DNA from: Acidobacteriaceae bacterium
Lineage (GTDB): Bacteria; Acidobacteriota; Terriglobia; Terriglobales; Acidobacteriaceae
Length of the DNA stretch: 60,714 nt
Direction: 5' to 3'
Assembly: GCA_035570215.1 (NCBI GenBank)
Contig: DATMLK010000194.1
Span: 1 to 60,714, forward strand
Each line of letters starts with the position of its first letter. Position 1 is the first letter of the stretch. Positions 21,060-30,239 of this stretch are shown here, piece by piece. The translations under genes were made by a program, and so were the position numbers. The notes under the pieces are model-generated. The model saw nothing but the letters and a program-made list of their open reading frames with translations. It was not told the origin of the DNA and searched no databases.

Positions 21060-21186
21060 GCCCCAAAACTCTTTCCCGCCTGCCTGCATCCAATGCTTGT
21101 AAAGTCCTGAGTGTGCAGTGTTATTCTTGGCTCAAGCCAAAGAGCCGTACATGGACCCTGTTCTTCAAACTTCGTAGAGGAAAGCC

Positions 21187-22272
21187 ATGCCCAGCCAGAA
21201 GGAAGTCCGTTGGTCCCAATTGAAGGTCGGCCTGCTGGTCACCGTGGCCTCCCTGGCGCTGATTGCCCTGGTCTTTCTCATGACCGGCTCCGTGGGCGGG
21301 CTCTTCACTCCGAAGATCACTGTCCGCTCCTATTTTGAAAATGCAGCCGGGCTGGAGGTAGGCGCGCCGGTCTCGCTCGAAGGCGTCACCGTAGGCACGG
21401 TCACCCGGATCCGCGTGGTCAGCTCGCCGGACCGCAGGCTTACACCGGTCGAAGTGACCATGAGGATCAGCGGCCGCCGCGTGGAGCAGAGCCTGCGCAC
21501 TGACTCCAAGGCCTCGCTCTCCACCATCGGCGTGCTGGGCGACACCGTGGTGGACATCAACAGCCAGTTCGCCAGCGGCCCGCTCGCGCAAGACGGCGAC
21601 GAACTCACCACCATGGAGACGCCGAACATCACCGACGTCATCAAATCCAGCCAGGGCACCATCGAGCAGCTCAATGTCATCCTGGCCAAGGCCAATGCCC
21701 TGCTGGACAGCATTACCAGCGGCAACGGCTCCATCGGCAAGCTTATCGCCAGCGACGAGTTCTACCGCAAGGCCTACGCCGCCATGAGCGACCTGCAGAC
21801 CCTGACCGACAACATGAACCAGGGCAAAGGAACCGTCGGCAAGCTCATGACCGACGACACGCTCTACAACCGCCTGAACGATACCGCGGGCCATCTGCAG
21901 CACGTCTCCGAGGAGATCGACAGCAGCAAGGGCTCCGCCGGCAAAATCATCAACGACCCCGAGCTCTACGACAACCTGAACCAGACGCTCGCCCATGCGA
22001 ACTCGCTGCTGGCCGATGTGGACGCCGGCAAGGGCGGTCTTGGCGTGATGGCGAAGGACCCTGTCTTCGCCAAGAACCTGCAGGACACGCTCAGCCACAT
22101 GGATGATCTCGTCACCAGCATCCAGCAGGGCAAGGGCACGCTCGGCAAGCTCGCTAATGACGACGCGGCCTATAACGACCTGGACAAGCTGCTCGTGGAC
22201 AGCCAGCAGCTGGTCACCACCATCCGCAGCGACCCCAAGAAGTACCTAACCATCCACATGAAGATCTTCTAA
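21187..22272 (+). CDS. MlaD/MCE-family protein
   Basis: An N-terminal TM helix and an MCE domain (VRSYFENAAGLEVGAPVSLEGVTVGTV), followed by five tandem repeats of about 35 aa of the type GKGTxGKLxxDDxLYxxL. No MlaE or MlaF gene is adjacent. Confidence 0.8.
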   Translation: MPSQKEVRWSQLKVGLLVTVASLALIALVFLMTGSVGGLFTPKITVRSYFENAAGLEVGAPVSLEGVTVGTVTRIRVVSSPDRRLTPVEVTMRISGRRVEQSLRTDSKASLSTIGVLGDTVVDINSQFASGPLAQDGDELTTMETPNITDVIKSSQGTIEQLNVILAKANALLDSITSGNGSIGKLIASDEFYRKAYAAMSDLQTLTDNMNQGKGTVGKLMTDDTLYNRLNDTAGHLQHVSEEIDSSKGSAGKIINDPELYDNLNQTLAHANSLLADVDAGKGGLGVMAKDPVFAKNLQDTLSHMDDLVTSIQQGKGTLGKLANDDAAYNDLDKLLVDSQQLVTTIRSDPKKYLTIHMKIF

Positions 22273-22456
22273 CCGAAGAACCCGCCTGGGGAAGCCGAAG
22301 TGCGCGGCTGGAAAGCCTTTAAAACCTCTTCCGGCAAAAACTGGCACAAACCCCCGCCAGCTTTTACAATGAATGCAGGTTCTTAACCCTCAAGATTTCT
22401 CGTTGCGGCTGGCAGCCAGATCACCGATGCCCGCAACCCAGGACAAAAGGAAACAC

Positions 22457-23779
22457 ATGAAGTTTAGTAATCTCGGCCGGAAAGCAGCGGCCCTCGTCTC
22501 CACGCTCGCACTGGGAGCCTGCTTGTCCTCCTGCGGAAGCGGAACCATTGGCTACCTTTACGTTTTGGGACAACTGACCAGCTCCGGCAGCTTCGGTCAG
22601 ATCAACGGGTTCAAGATCGACGACCGTACCGGCAACCTGACCAATATGGTCAACTCGCCCTACAGCAGCGGCGGCAGCAATCCGGGCAATGCCGTGGTCT
22701 TCCCCGGCGGACAATATCTCTTCGTCCTGAATAAGGGCATCGCCACCACGGCGCCTTCCGGCCAGTGCCCGGCCAATACCGGCGGCGGCGTTGTCTCCGA
22801 GTTCCTTATCGGCGGCGACGGCGTACTCACCTTCCTGCAGAACTGGGTCAGCTCGGGCATTAACCCCGTCTGGATCTCTGCTGATCCCACCGGCAGCTAT
22901 CTCTATGTGCTCGACCAGGCCGCCAGCACGCCGGGACCCCTCGGCAATACGTGCAATCTTGACACGACCAGCGCCAACTCGAATGTCAAAAATAAAGTAC
23001 CGGATGGCGACATCACGGTGTTTGCCCTGAACAGCACTACCGGTCGCCTCACGCTCGTTCAGAACCAGCAGGCCAACGACGGCTTTGGTCATCCGCTCAC
23101 CTTCTTCCCGGTCGGCCCCCATCCCACCATGCTGCATACGGCCGGAGGTTACGTCTACACGATGAATACCGCCGACCAGTCAGTCTTCGTCGACTCGACC
23201 ATTTCAGCAGGCCAGCTCACGGCCACGCAGACCCTTACGCAGCCCACCGGCGGAATCAACATCACCTCCATCGGCACCTCGTCGAACGGTAATTACATCT
23301 ACATCACGGATGAAGGCCTCGGCGGCAGCAATCCCAGCTACATTCGCATCTTCACCATCGGCAGCAATGGAGCGCTCAGCACGCTGGTCACCGGTGCCCA
23401 GACGAACCTCCCCCTGACATCCAATCCCGTCTGGACGCTGGCCTCGGCGAATGGCAAGTACCTCTATGTCGTCAACCAGGGCAATAACGCCAACCCGAAT
23501 ACCATCACCAGCAATATCTCGGCCTTCACCGTCGAAAGCACCGGCCAGTTGCAGCAGGTTGTAGACCCGAGCAACCCTTACCCGGCAGGCTCCGGCCCCG
23601 TCTGCATGGTGGAAGACCCGACGAACCAGTATGTCTATGTCTCCAATTACACCGACAGCACCGTGACCGGCTACATTCTCGATGCCAATACCGGCCAGCT
23701 CTCGCCGCTCTCGCGTACAACCGTCTTCCCCATCTCGGGTCAGGCGTCGTGTCTTACGGTCAGCGGATTCACCAGCTAA
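22457..23779 (+). CDS. beta-propeller (lactonase-like) lipoprotein, paralogue 1
   Basis: Lipoprotein-type signal MKFSNLGRKAAALVSTLALGAC. Recurring blade motifs include YLYVLxQ, YLYVVNQG and YVYVSNYTDSTVTGY. RBS AAAGGA lies before the ATG at 22457. Confidence 0.75.
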   Translation: MKFSNLGRKAAALVSTLALGACLSSCGSGTIGYLYVLGQLTSSGSFGQINGFKIDDRTGNLTNMVNSPYSSGGSNPGNAVVFPGGQYLFVLNKGIATTAPSGQCPANTGGGVVSEFLIGGDGVLTFLQNWVSSGINPVWISADPTGSYLYVLDQAASTPGPLGNTCNLDTTSANSNVKNKVPDGDITVFALNSTTGRLTLVQNQQANDGFGHPLTFFPVGPHPTMLHTAGGYVYTMNTADQSVFVDSTISAGQLTATQTLTQPTGGINITSIGTSSNGNYIYITDEGLGGSNPSYIRIFTIGSNGALSTLVTGAQTNLPLTSNPVWTLASANGKYLYVVNQGNNANPNTITSNISAFTVESTGQLQQVVDPSNPYPAGSGPVCMVEDPTNQYVYVSNYTDSTVTGYILDANTGQLSPLSRTTVFPISGQASCLTVSGFTS

Positions 23780-23792
23780 GCAGGTAGAGGCA

Positions 23793-23817
23793 TAGAGGCC
23801 GGACAGTCCGGCCTCTA
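23793..23817 (+). terminator. hairpin between the two propeller genes (possible weak terminator)
   Basis: A perfect 10-bp stem, TAGAGGCCGG (23793-23802) / CCGGCCTCTA (23808-23817), with loop ACAGT. No clear T-tract follows. Confidence 0.35.
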
Positions 23818-23893
23818 CAATGAAGTTTCAACCAGAGTTTTGATCTCATACCGCTGCGGGGCGAAGCCCGCAGATGCAATTCGAAGGACACGC

Positions 23894-25246
23894 ATGAAGT
23901 TCTCGCAAATCCGCCGCATCACTCAGGCAACCGTACTCTCGCTGGCTATCGGCCTCGGCATGTCCGCATGCAGCGAGGACTACACCATCGACTATCTCTA
24001 CGTCACCTCTCAGCATGCGCTCCCCAGCACCTCAGACGGCGCCGTCAACGCCTACAAGGTCGATAACCAGTCCGGCGCGCTGACGCAGATCGTTGACTCG
24101 CCCTATGATTCCGGCGGACTCGCCCCCGTGGCCATCGCGCTCTCGCCCAATAGCCAGGCGCTCTACGTGTTGAACAACCAGAGCTCCAACTCCGCCATCG
24201 AGGAGTTCCTGATCGGCACGGACGGCAAGATCTATCCGCAGTTCGGTTACAGCATCGGCAACAACTCGGCCACAGACGGCTTCGCCCCCATCTCCGCCGT
24301 GGTGGATCCGACCAACTCCTTCCTGATCGTCGCCTTCACCTATCAGCACAACTTCTCCACCAGCGTCCCAGGGCCCGGCGGCATCGCCGTATTCCCTATC
24401 GCCAACGGCAGTAATCCGCTCTGTCCTGTGGTTGCAAACAGCCCGGGCCAGGCCAAGAACACTCTCTGCGCGCCGATCCAGGTCGCCGGCTTCCCCTATA
24501 CAGCGCTGAGCTTGAGTCCGGTCGCGGTCGGAGTCACTCCGAATCCCAGCAACTGCCCGCTCTCCGGCGGCACGGTAACGACTAGCTGCCCCTCCAATGG
24601 CGGCGACTACGTTCCCTCCATCTACGTCGTCGAGCAGACGGTATCCACGCTCGCCGCGCCAACCTCCACGGCCGGCACAGTTGCCACCTACCAGCTCTCG
24701 CTTACGACCGGTCAGCTCTCGTTCGTATCCAGCACCGCGGCCGGCATCGCGCCCACCGGCATCGCCGAGGATCCGACTGCACGCTTCGTCTATCTCACGG
24801 ATGAGAATGCGAACCAGATCATCGGCTACCTTGTGCAGCCCAACGGTTCGCTCAGCCTCATGGTCAACGCACCCTTCCCCGCCGGTCTTCACCCGGAGGG
24901 CATCGTCGCCGATCCCCGCGGCAAGTTCATCTATGTGGCCAACTACAACAACAGCACCGTGAATGGTTATGCCATCGACCAGGCTACGGGCACGCCTGCC
25001 GGTGTCGCCTCCAACGGAGTCTCAGCCACCGGCACCGGTCCCACCTGTGTCGCCATCGAGCCTTCGCAGGGCATCTACCTCTATACCTCGAACTTCGTGG
25101 ATAACTCGGTGAGCGGCCTGCAGCTTGATCCGCACACCGGTACGTTGCAGAACATCCAGAACACGCCCTTCAACGCATCCGCTCAGCCCACCTGCGCCGT
25201 CGCCGTCGCATCCGGCGCGCATGCCTTTGAGGCCCTGCCGCAGTAG
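23894..25246 (+). CDS. beta-propeller (lactonase-like) lipoprotein, paralogue 2
   Basis: Lipoprotein-type signal MKFSQIRRITQATVLSLAIGLGMSAC. The same blade signatures appear (YLYVTSQ, LYVLNNQ, FVYLTDENANQIIGY, FIYVANYNNSTVNGY). RBS AAGGA lies before the ATG at 23894. Confidence 0.75.
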   Translation: MKFSQIRRITQATVLSLAIGLGMSACSEDYTIDYLYVTSQHALPSTSDGAVNAYKVDNQSGALTQIVDSPYDSGGLAPVAIALSPNSQALYVLNNQSSNSAIEEFLIGTDGKIYPQFGYSIGNNSATDGFAPISAVVDPTNSFLIVAFTYQHNFSTSVPGPGGIAVFPIANGSNPLCPVVANSPGQAKNTLCAPIQVAGFPYTALSLSPVAVGVTPNPSNCPLSGGTVTTSCPSNGGDYVPSIYVVEQTVSTLAAPTSTAGTVATYQLSLTTGQLSFVSSTAAGIAPTGIAEDPTARFVYLTDENANQIIGYLVQPNGSLSLMVNAPFPAGLHPEGIVADPRGKFIYVANYNNSTVNGYAIDQATGTPAGVASNGVSATGTGPTCVAIEPSQGIYLYTSNFVDNSVSGLQLDPHTGTLQNIQNTPFNASAQPTCAVAVASGAHAFEALPQ

Positions 25247-25276
25247 TTCCACAGCCAACGCACTCCGCAACAAAAA

Positions 25277-25303
25277 GAAGCCCGCCAACCGGCGGGCTTT
25301 TTG
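25277..25303 (+). terminator. rho-independent terminator
   Basis: AAGAAGCCCGCC-AACC-GGCGGGCTTTTT. The GC-rich stem (25280-25286 / 25291-25297) is followed by a T-run, 30 nt after the stop. Confidence 0.8.
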
Positions 25304-25327
25304 CTGCTTCATTCTTGCTTGCACTCC

Positions 25328-25460
25328 GGAGGGAACAAGGGCCTTTAGGCCCCTGAAGATCGAGAGGAAAAGAGGGCTTCAGCCCCGGAAGATCAGAGCC
25401 CGGGCCTAAAGGCCGAATGCCATGGCATTTTTCGTGGGGCTTTAGCCCCACGCTCCCTTC
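25328..25460. repeat. modular hairpin-array element (REP/MITE-like), long copy
   Basis: It contains five short GC hairpins: GGGCCTTTAGGCCC, GGGCTTCAGCCC, GGCCTAAAGGCC, AATGCCATGGCATT and GGGGCTTTAGCCCC. Its ends (GGAGGGAACAAGGGCCTTTAGGCCCCTGAA ... GGGGCTTTAGCCCCACGCTCCCT) match the element at 48296-48366. Confidence 0.7.
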
Positions 25461-25491
25461 AAGAACTCAGGTCTTGTAGAACTAGCCCCTT

Positions 25492-26655
25492 CTACCGCTT
25501 ATGCGACCAGCGTTTCAATATCCATCGCCGCGCCGGGTTCTCCACCGCGTAGTAGGCTGCCAGCGCCAGAGCAACCGCCACGCCGTAGGAGAACCATGGC
25601 TCCCACGACGCAATACCCAGCCGCGCCGACACCTTGTACTTGCTCAGCAGCACGATGCAGTTGAAGTGCAGCAGATAAATGCAGTACGTCGCCTCACCCA
25701 CGATCACCATCGGCCGCACGGCAAATATCTTCGAGATCCAGTGATCGCCGCTCAGACCGAGGATCAGCAGCGCAAAGACCGGCGTCAGCATGCCGGTATG
25801 CAGCATGGGATACGGCAGGTAGCCGATCCACCAATGAAAGATCGCGGCCAGCAGCAGCAGGCCGGTGCCGGCCATCCACGCCCGTGCGCGGTTGGAGATC
25901 TTCGCCCCGCTCTGCAGCATCCCCAGCGCCAGCCCGGCAAGAAACGTCGGAATATACGGCAGTGGCGTGAACTTCAGAGCGCGCAGATACATCCCCGGCG
26001 AGAAGCGGTTGGTGTGCGCGATGCCGTCCGGCTGAAAGACGAGATAGAGTACGGGCAGAATGAACCCCAGTGCCCAGAAGCCAAGCACCATCCACGCCAG
26101 CTTCTTTGTCTCTCGCGGCCAACGCATCCCGATGAGGTACGGAAAGGCGATGTAGAGCATCACCTCGCTGGAGAGCGTCCACGCAACCGTATTCCAGAAG
26201 GTCGCCAGCAGAGGCGAGAGCCCCTGCAGCATCAGCGGCGTCAGAATGATGCCTTCAAGGAAGTGCGTACGCGTCTGGTAGTGCCACTCCAGCTCCAGCA
26301 TCTGGCAGGAGAGCAGCAGCGCCAGCACGTAGACCGGGTAGAGCCGCGAGAACCGCGCCAGCCAGAACTCGCGCTTGGTCAGCGTCGCGCCGCGATCCGC
26401 ATAGTTATAGGCCAGGATGAAGCCGGAGAGCAGAAAGAAGCAGCCGACGAAGACGAAGGCGTTATTCACCACCGGCGCGTACAGGCCGAACATGGCCGGG
26501 TCCGAGAAGTGAAAGAAGATGATATTGACCGCAAGCAGGGTGCGAATGCCTGTCAGCGCAGGCAGTGCCGGTTTGCGATGCGATTTTGCGGGTATAAGCC
26601 CTTCGACGGAACTCGGGGCAGGCTTTACGGCGGTAGCGGCTGCTGTGTGGTCCAA
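25492..26655 (-). CDS. acyltransferase-3 family membrane protein
   Basis: A polytopic 387-aa protein with the family-typical VGCFFLLSGFILAY and multiple TM segments. Confidence 0.8.
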   Translation of the reverse strand: MDHTAAATAVKPAPSSVEGLIPAKSHRKPALPALTGIRTLLAVNIIFFHFSDPAMFGLYAPVVNNAFVFVGCFFLLSGFILAYNYADRGATLTKREFWLARFSRLYPVYVLALLLSCQMLELEWHYQTRTHFLEGIILTPLMLQGLSPLLATFWNTVAWTLSSEVMLYIAFPYLIGMRWPRETKKLAWMVLGFWALGFILPVLYLVFQPDGIAHTNRFSPGMYLRALKFTPLPYIPTFLAGLALGMLQSGAKISNRARAWMAGTGLLLLAAIFHWWIGYLPYPMLHTGMLTPVFALLILGLSGDHWISKIFAVRPMVIVGEATYCIYLLHFNCIVLLSKYKVSARLGIASWEPWFSYGVAVALALAAYYAVENPARRWILKRWSHKR

Positions 26656-26800
26656 GCGTATTCCTTTTCCTGTTTGGGGTTTAGAACAGAGAGTTTACAC
26701 GCTCATCACAAAGGATGTTCAAAATTGACCAGACTAGGCCTCTGGCCCATCGGTACTCTGCACCAAACGGCCTAGATCCGGTACTGCGACGAGGCTCATT

Positions 26801-27019
26801 ATGTTGTTCTCTCAGGCAAAGCCCAGGTTTCCCCACGGATATAATCGCGATGGCTCGTACGACTCCATCTGCGGCGTCTGCTTTATAACCATTAGCAGGG
26901 TAAAAGATGAGCGGGAGCTGGAGCAGAGCAAGGCCGGCCACGTCTGCAGCCCGATCCGTCTCCATCAATTTGGCAGATACCCGCTCCTCGCAGGCACACA
27001 CTTCGATCTTCTACGCTAA
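26801..27019 (+). CDS. small hypothetical protein (72 aa, Cys/His-containing)
   Basis: ATG preceded by GAGG. Third-codon positions are G/C-biased, as in the neighbouring genes. Contains CGVC...HVC. I recognise no family. Confidence 0.4.
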   Translation: MLFSQAKPRFPHGYNRDGSYDSICGVCFITISRVKDERELEQSKAGHVCSPIRLHQFGRYPLLAGTHFDLLR

Positions 27020-27023
27020 GCCC

Positions 27024-27728
27024 CTAGGCCGTGACCAGCGAGCCCAGCTTCTCGCCGTTCACCACGCGCTGGATGTTTCCCGGCACGTTCATGTTGAAGA
27101 TGATCATGGGCAGGTTGTTGTCCTTGCACATGGAGACGGCCGTGGTATCCATCACTCGCAGGCCGAGCTTCAGGATCTCCATGTAGGTGATCTGCTCGAA
27201 CTTCACCGCATCGGCGACCTTCTTCGGGTCGGCGTTGTAGATGCCGTCCACCGAGGTCCCCTTCAGCAGCACATCCGCCTTGATCTCCATGGCGCGCAGC
27301 GAAGCCGCCGTGTCCGTCGAAAAGTAGGGGTTGCCCGTGCCCGCGGCGAAGATGATGACGCGGCCTTTCTCCAGATGCCGGACAGCCCGGCGGCGAATGT
27401 ACGGCTCCGCGATCTGGTGCATCTCGATCGCGGTCATCACGCGGCACTGCAGACCCTGCTTCTCGATGGCGTCCTGCAGCGCGATGGAGTTCAGCACCGT
27501 GGAGAGCATACCCATGTTGTCCGCGGCCACGCGGTCCATGTGCGCGGCCTGTTCGGCCACGCCGCGGAAGAAGTTTCCGCCACCGACGACAATGGCGATC
27601 TCGGCACCCATCGCCTGGACCTGCGCGATCTCGGCGGCGATCTTGTGAATGTAGGGAACGTCGATGCCGAAGCCGCGGCCCGCAGCCAGGGCTTCACCGG
27701 AGAGTTTGAGAAGGACGCGCTTATACAT
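27024..27728 (-). CDS. pyrH: UMP kinase
   Basis: [13 protein letters not shown]...[10 protein letters not shown]...[17 protein letters not shown]. Confidence 0.95.
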   Translation of the reverse strand: MYKRVLLKLSGEALAAGRGFGIDVPYIHKIAAEIAQVQAMGAEIAIVVGGGNFFRGVAEQAAHMDRVAADNMGMLSTVLNSIALQDAIEKQGLQCRVMTAIEMHQIAEPYIRRRAVRHLEKGRVIIFAAGTGNPYFSTDTAASLRAMEIKADVLLKGTSVDGIYNADPKKVADAVKFEQITYMEILKLGLRVMDTTAVSMCKDNNLPMIIFNMNVPGNIQRVVNGEKLGSLVTA

Positions 27729-27774
27729 GCTTTTTGAATTATCTCAGATGTGGCCGAAGCCCTTCGCTAACGAT

Positions 27775-27807
27775 AAAACAAAAAGGCCCGGGCATCGCCC
27801 AGGCCTT
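27775..27807 (-). terminator. rho-independent terminator downstream of tsf
   Basis: The hairpin AAGGCCCGGGC (27783-27793) / GCCCAGGCCTT (27797-27807) pairs 10 of 11 positions. On the minus strand it is followed by TTTTTGTTTT. Confidence 0.7.
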
Positions 27808-27811
27808 CTGA

Positions 27812-27848
27812 TTTGTCATTCCGGCGAATGCCGGAATCTGCTTTTTGT
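27812..27848. repeat. short palindromic element, 'TTTGTCATTCC...GGAATCTGCTTTT' family, copy A
   Basis: TTTGTCATTCCGGCGAATGCCGGAATCTGCTTTTTGT. The internal hairpin is ATTCCGGC/GCCGGAAT. Both flanks are shared with the copy at 28533-28582. Confidence 0.65.
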
Positions 27849-27849
27849 C

Positions 27850-28506
27850 TTACTCAGCAGCAGCTTCCGCTTTCGTCTGCGCCACGGTCCAGTTGGGGTC
27901 GCCCACCTTGAAGCGCGCAAAGCGGCTTACCGAGATGTTCTCGCCCAGCTTGGCGATCTTCTGCTTGATCAGCTCTTCGATAGTGACGGCCGGGTCCTTG
28001 ATGAAGGGCTGCTGCAGCAGGCAGAACTCCTCATAGAACTTCCCCAGCTTGCCTTCGACGATCTTCTCGACAACGGCGGGCGGCTTGCCGGTAGCAGCGG
28101 CCTGTGCCGTGTAGACTTCCTTCTCACGTGCCATATCCGCTGGAGTGACGTCTTCCTTGCGCACATAGCGCGGGTCCACGGCGGCGATGTGCATGGAGAT
28201 GTCCTTGACCAGTTCCTGGAAGTCGTCGGTGCGGGCCACGAAGTCGGATTCGCAGTTCACTTCGATCATCACGCCGATCTTGCCGCCGGCGTGGATGTAC
28301 GTGCCCACCGCGCCTTCGTTCGTGGTGCGCGAGGACTTCTTGGCCGCGGACGCCATGCCGCGCTTGCGCAGCACAACGAAGGCCGCCTCCATCTCGCCCT
28401 TAGCTTCCTGCAGGGCCTTCAGGCAGTCGCCCATGGGCGCGCCGGACTTCTCGCGCAGTTCCTTCACCAGTTTCGCGTCAATCTTCACAGCAGTCTCCGT
28501 CGGCAT
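27850..28506 (-). CDS. tsf: translation elongation factor Ts (short form)
   Basis: The N-terminal UBA-like segment AKLVKELREKSGAPMGDCLKALQEAKGEMEAA, plus GVMIEVNCESDFVA. Confidence 0.95.
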   Translation of the reverse strand: MPTETAVKIDAKLVKELREKSGAPMGDCLKALQEAKGEMEAAFVVLRKRGMASAAKKSSRTTNEGAVGTYIHAGGKIGVMIEVNCESDFVARTDDFQELVKDISMHIAAVDPRYVRKEDVTPADMAREKEVYTAQAAATGKPPAVVEKIVEGKLGKFYEEFCLLQQPFIKDPAVTIEELIKQKIAKLGENISVSRFARFKVGDPNWTVAQTKAEAAAE

Positions 28507-28532
28507 TTCAAATTCCCTTCATTCCGAAATTA

Positions 28533-28582
28533 TTTGTCATTCCGTACCCTGAGCATCGCGAAGGGGAAAGAATCTGCTTTTC
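28533..28582. repeat. short palindromic element, same family, copy B (longer core)
   Basis: TTTGTCATTCCGTACCCTGAGCATCGCGAAGGGGAAAGAATCTGCTTTTC. The 5' (TTTGTCATTCCG) and 3' (GAATCTGCTTTT) ends are the same as in copy A, but the centre differs. Confidence 0.6.
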
Positions 28583-28603
28583 GATTCTCCGCAGATGCAC
28601 AAA

Positions 28604-28639
28604 GAGCGTGGCGCTCGGTCAAACGAGGCAGCCACGCTC
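28604..28639 (-). terminator. rpsB-tsf intercistronic hairpin (possible attenuator or partial terminator)
   Basis: A perfect 9-bp stem, GAGCGTGGC (28604-28612) / GCCACGCTC (28631-28639), is extended by CTCG/CGAG. It lies about 22 nt after the rpsB stop. Confidence 0.4.
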
Positions 28640-28661
28640 AGATGCTTCCTTCGTGACTTGC

Positions 28662-29597
<936 letters not shown>

Positions 29598-29787
29598 GTG
29601 TGGCTCCTTATGATTTCCAGGTCATCCTCGGCCGGTCACGGCGCCGGGATTGTTGCCCAGTCGAACGGGAAATTTAACTCCAACTACGTTTACTGCTATT
29701 GCACTTAACTGTTTACTGCTCGGACGAGCAACGCGTGTGGCATAACCGTTGAACCGGCGAGGCCACGCGCGAAGCGCGTCGAGAAAA

Positions 29788-30183
29788 TTAACGCTTGCTG
29801 AACTGGAAGCGTGCGCGAGCACCCTTCTGTCCGTACTTCTTGCGTTCCTTGATGCGGGCATCGCGCGAGACCAGGCCGTCGGCCTTCAGTCCCTTGCGCA
29901 ACTCCGCGTTGAAGAGCATCAGCGCACGGGCGATGCCGAGCTTGACCGAGTCCGCCTGACCCATGATGCCGCCGCCGCGAACCGTGGTCACCACGTCGAA
30001 CTGGTTGCCGGTCTCGGAGACCACCAGCGGACGCTTTGCGGCGACGCGCTGCTGTTCGGTCACGAAGTAGGTCTCAAACGGCTTGCCGTTGACGGTGAAC
30101 TTACCGCTGCCGGGACGCAGGAAGACACGCGCGACGCTGGATTTGCGACGGCCGGTGCCATAGTACTGAACGAGCTCTGCCAT
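29788..30183 (-). CDS. rpsI: 30S ribosomal protein S9
   Basis: [16 protein letters not shown]...[17 protein letters not shown]. Confidence 0.97.
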   Translation of the reverse strand: MAELVQYYGTGRRKSSVARVFLRPGSGKFTVNGKPFETYFVTEQQRVAAKRPLVVSETGNQFDVVTTVRGGGIMGQADSVKLGIARALMLFNAELRKGLKADGLVSRDARIKERKKYGQKGARARFQFSKR

Positions 30184-30239
30184 GTTGCTCCTCTAAAACT
30201 TTCTGCTCTGGGCCGTGCCCAGGCATCCAACTGAAATTT

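Noticed and set aside
25170-25451. Small ORFs translated across the hairpin repeats (25170-25451 minus, 25125-25409 plus, and the N-terminus of 48328-48795 plus), sharing peptides such as GLKPH and GLKP.
   Set aside because: The shared peptides simply reflect the repeated DNA hairpins GGGGCTTTAGCCCC and similar. The ORFs run through a terminator and overlap real genes.
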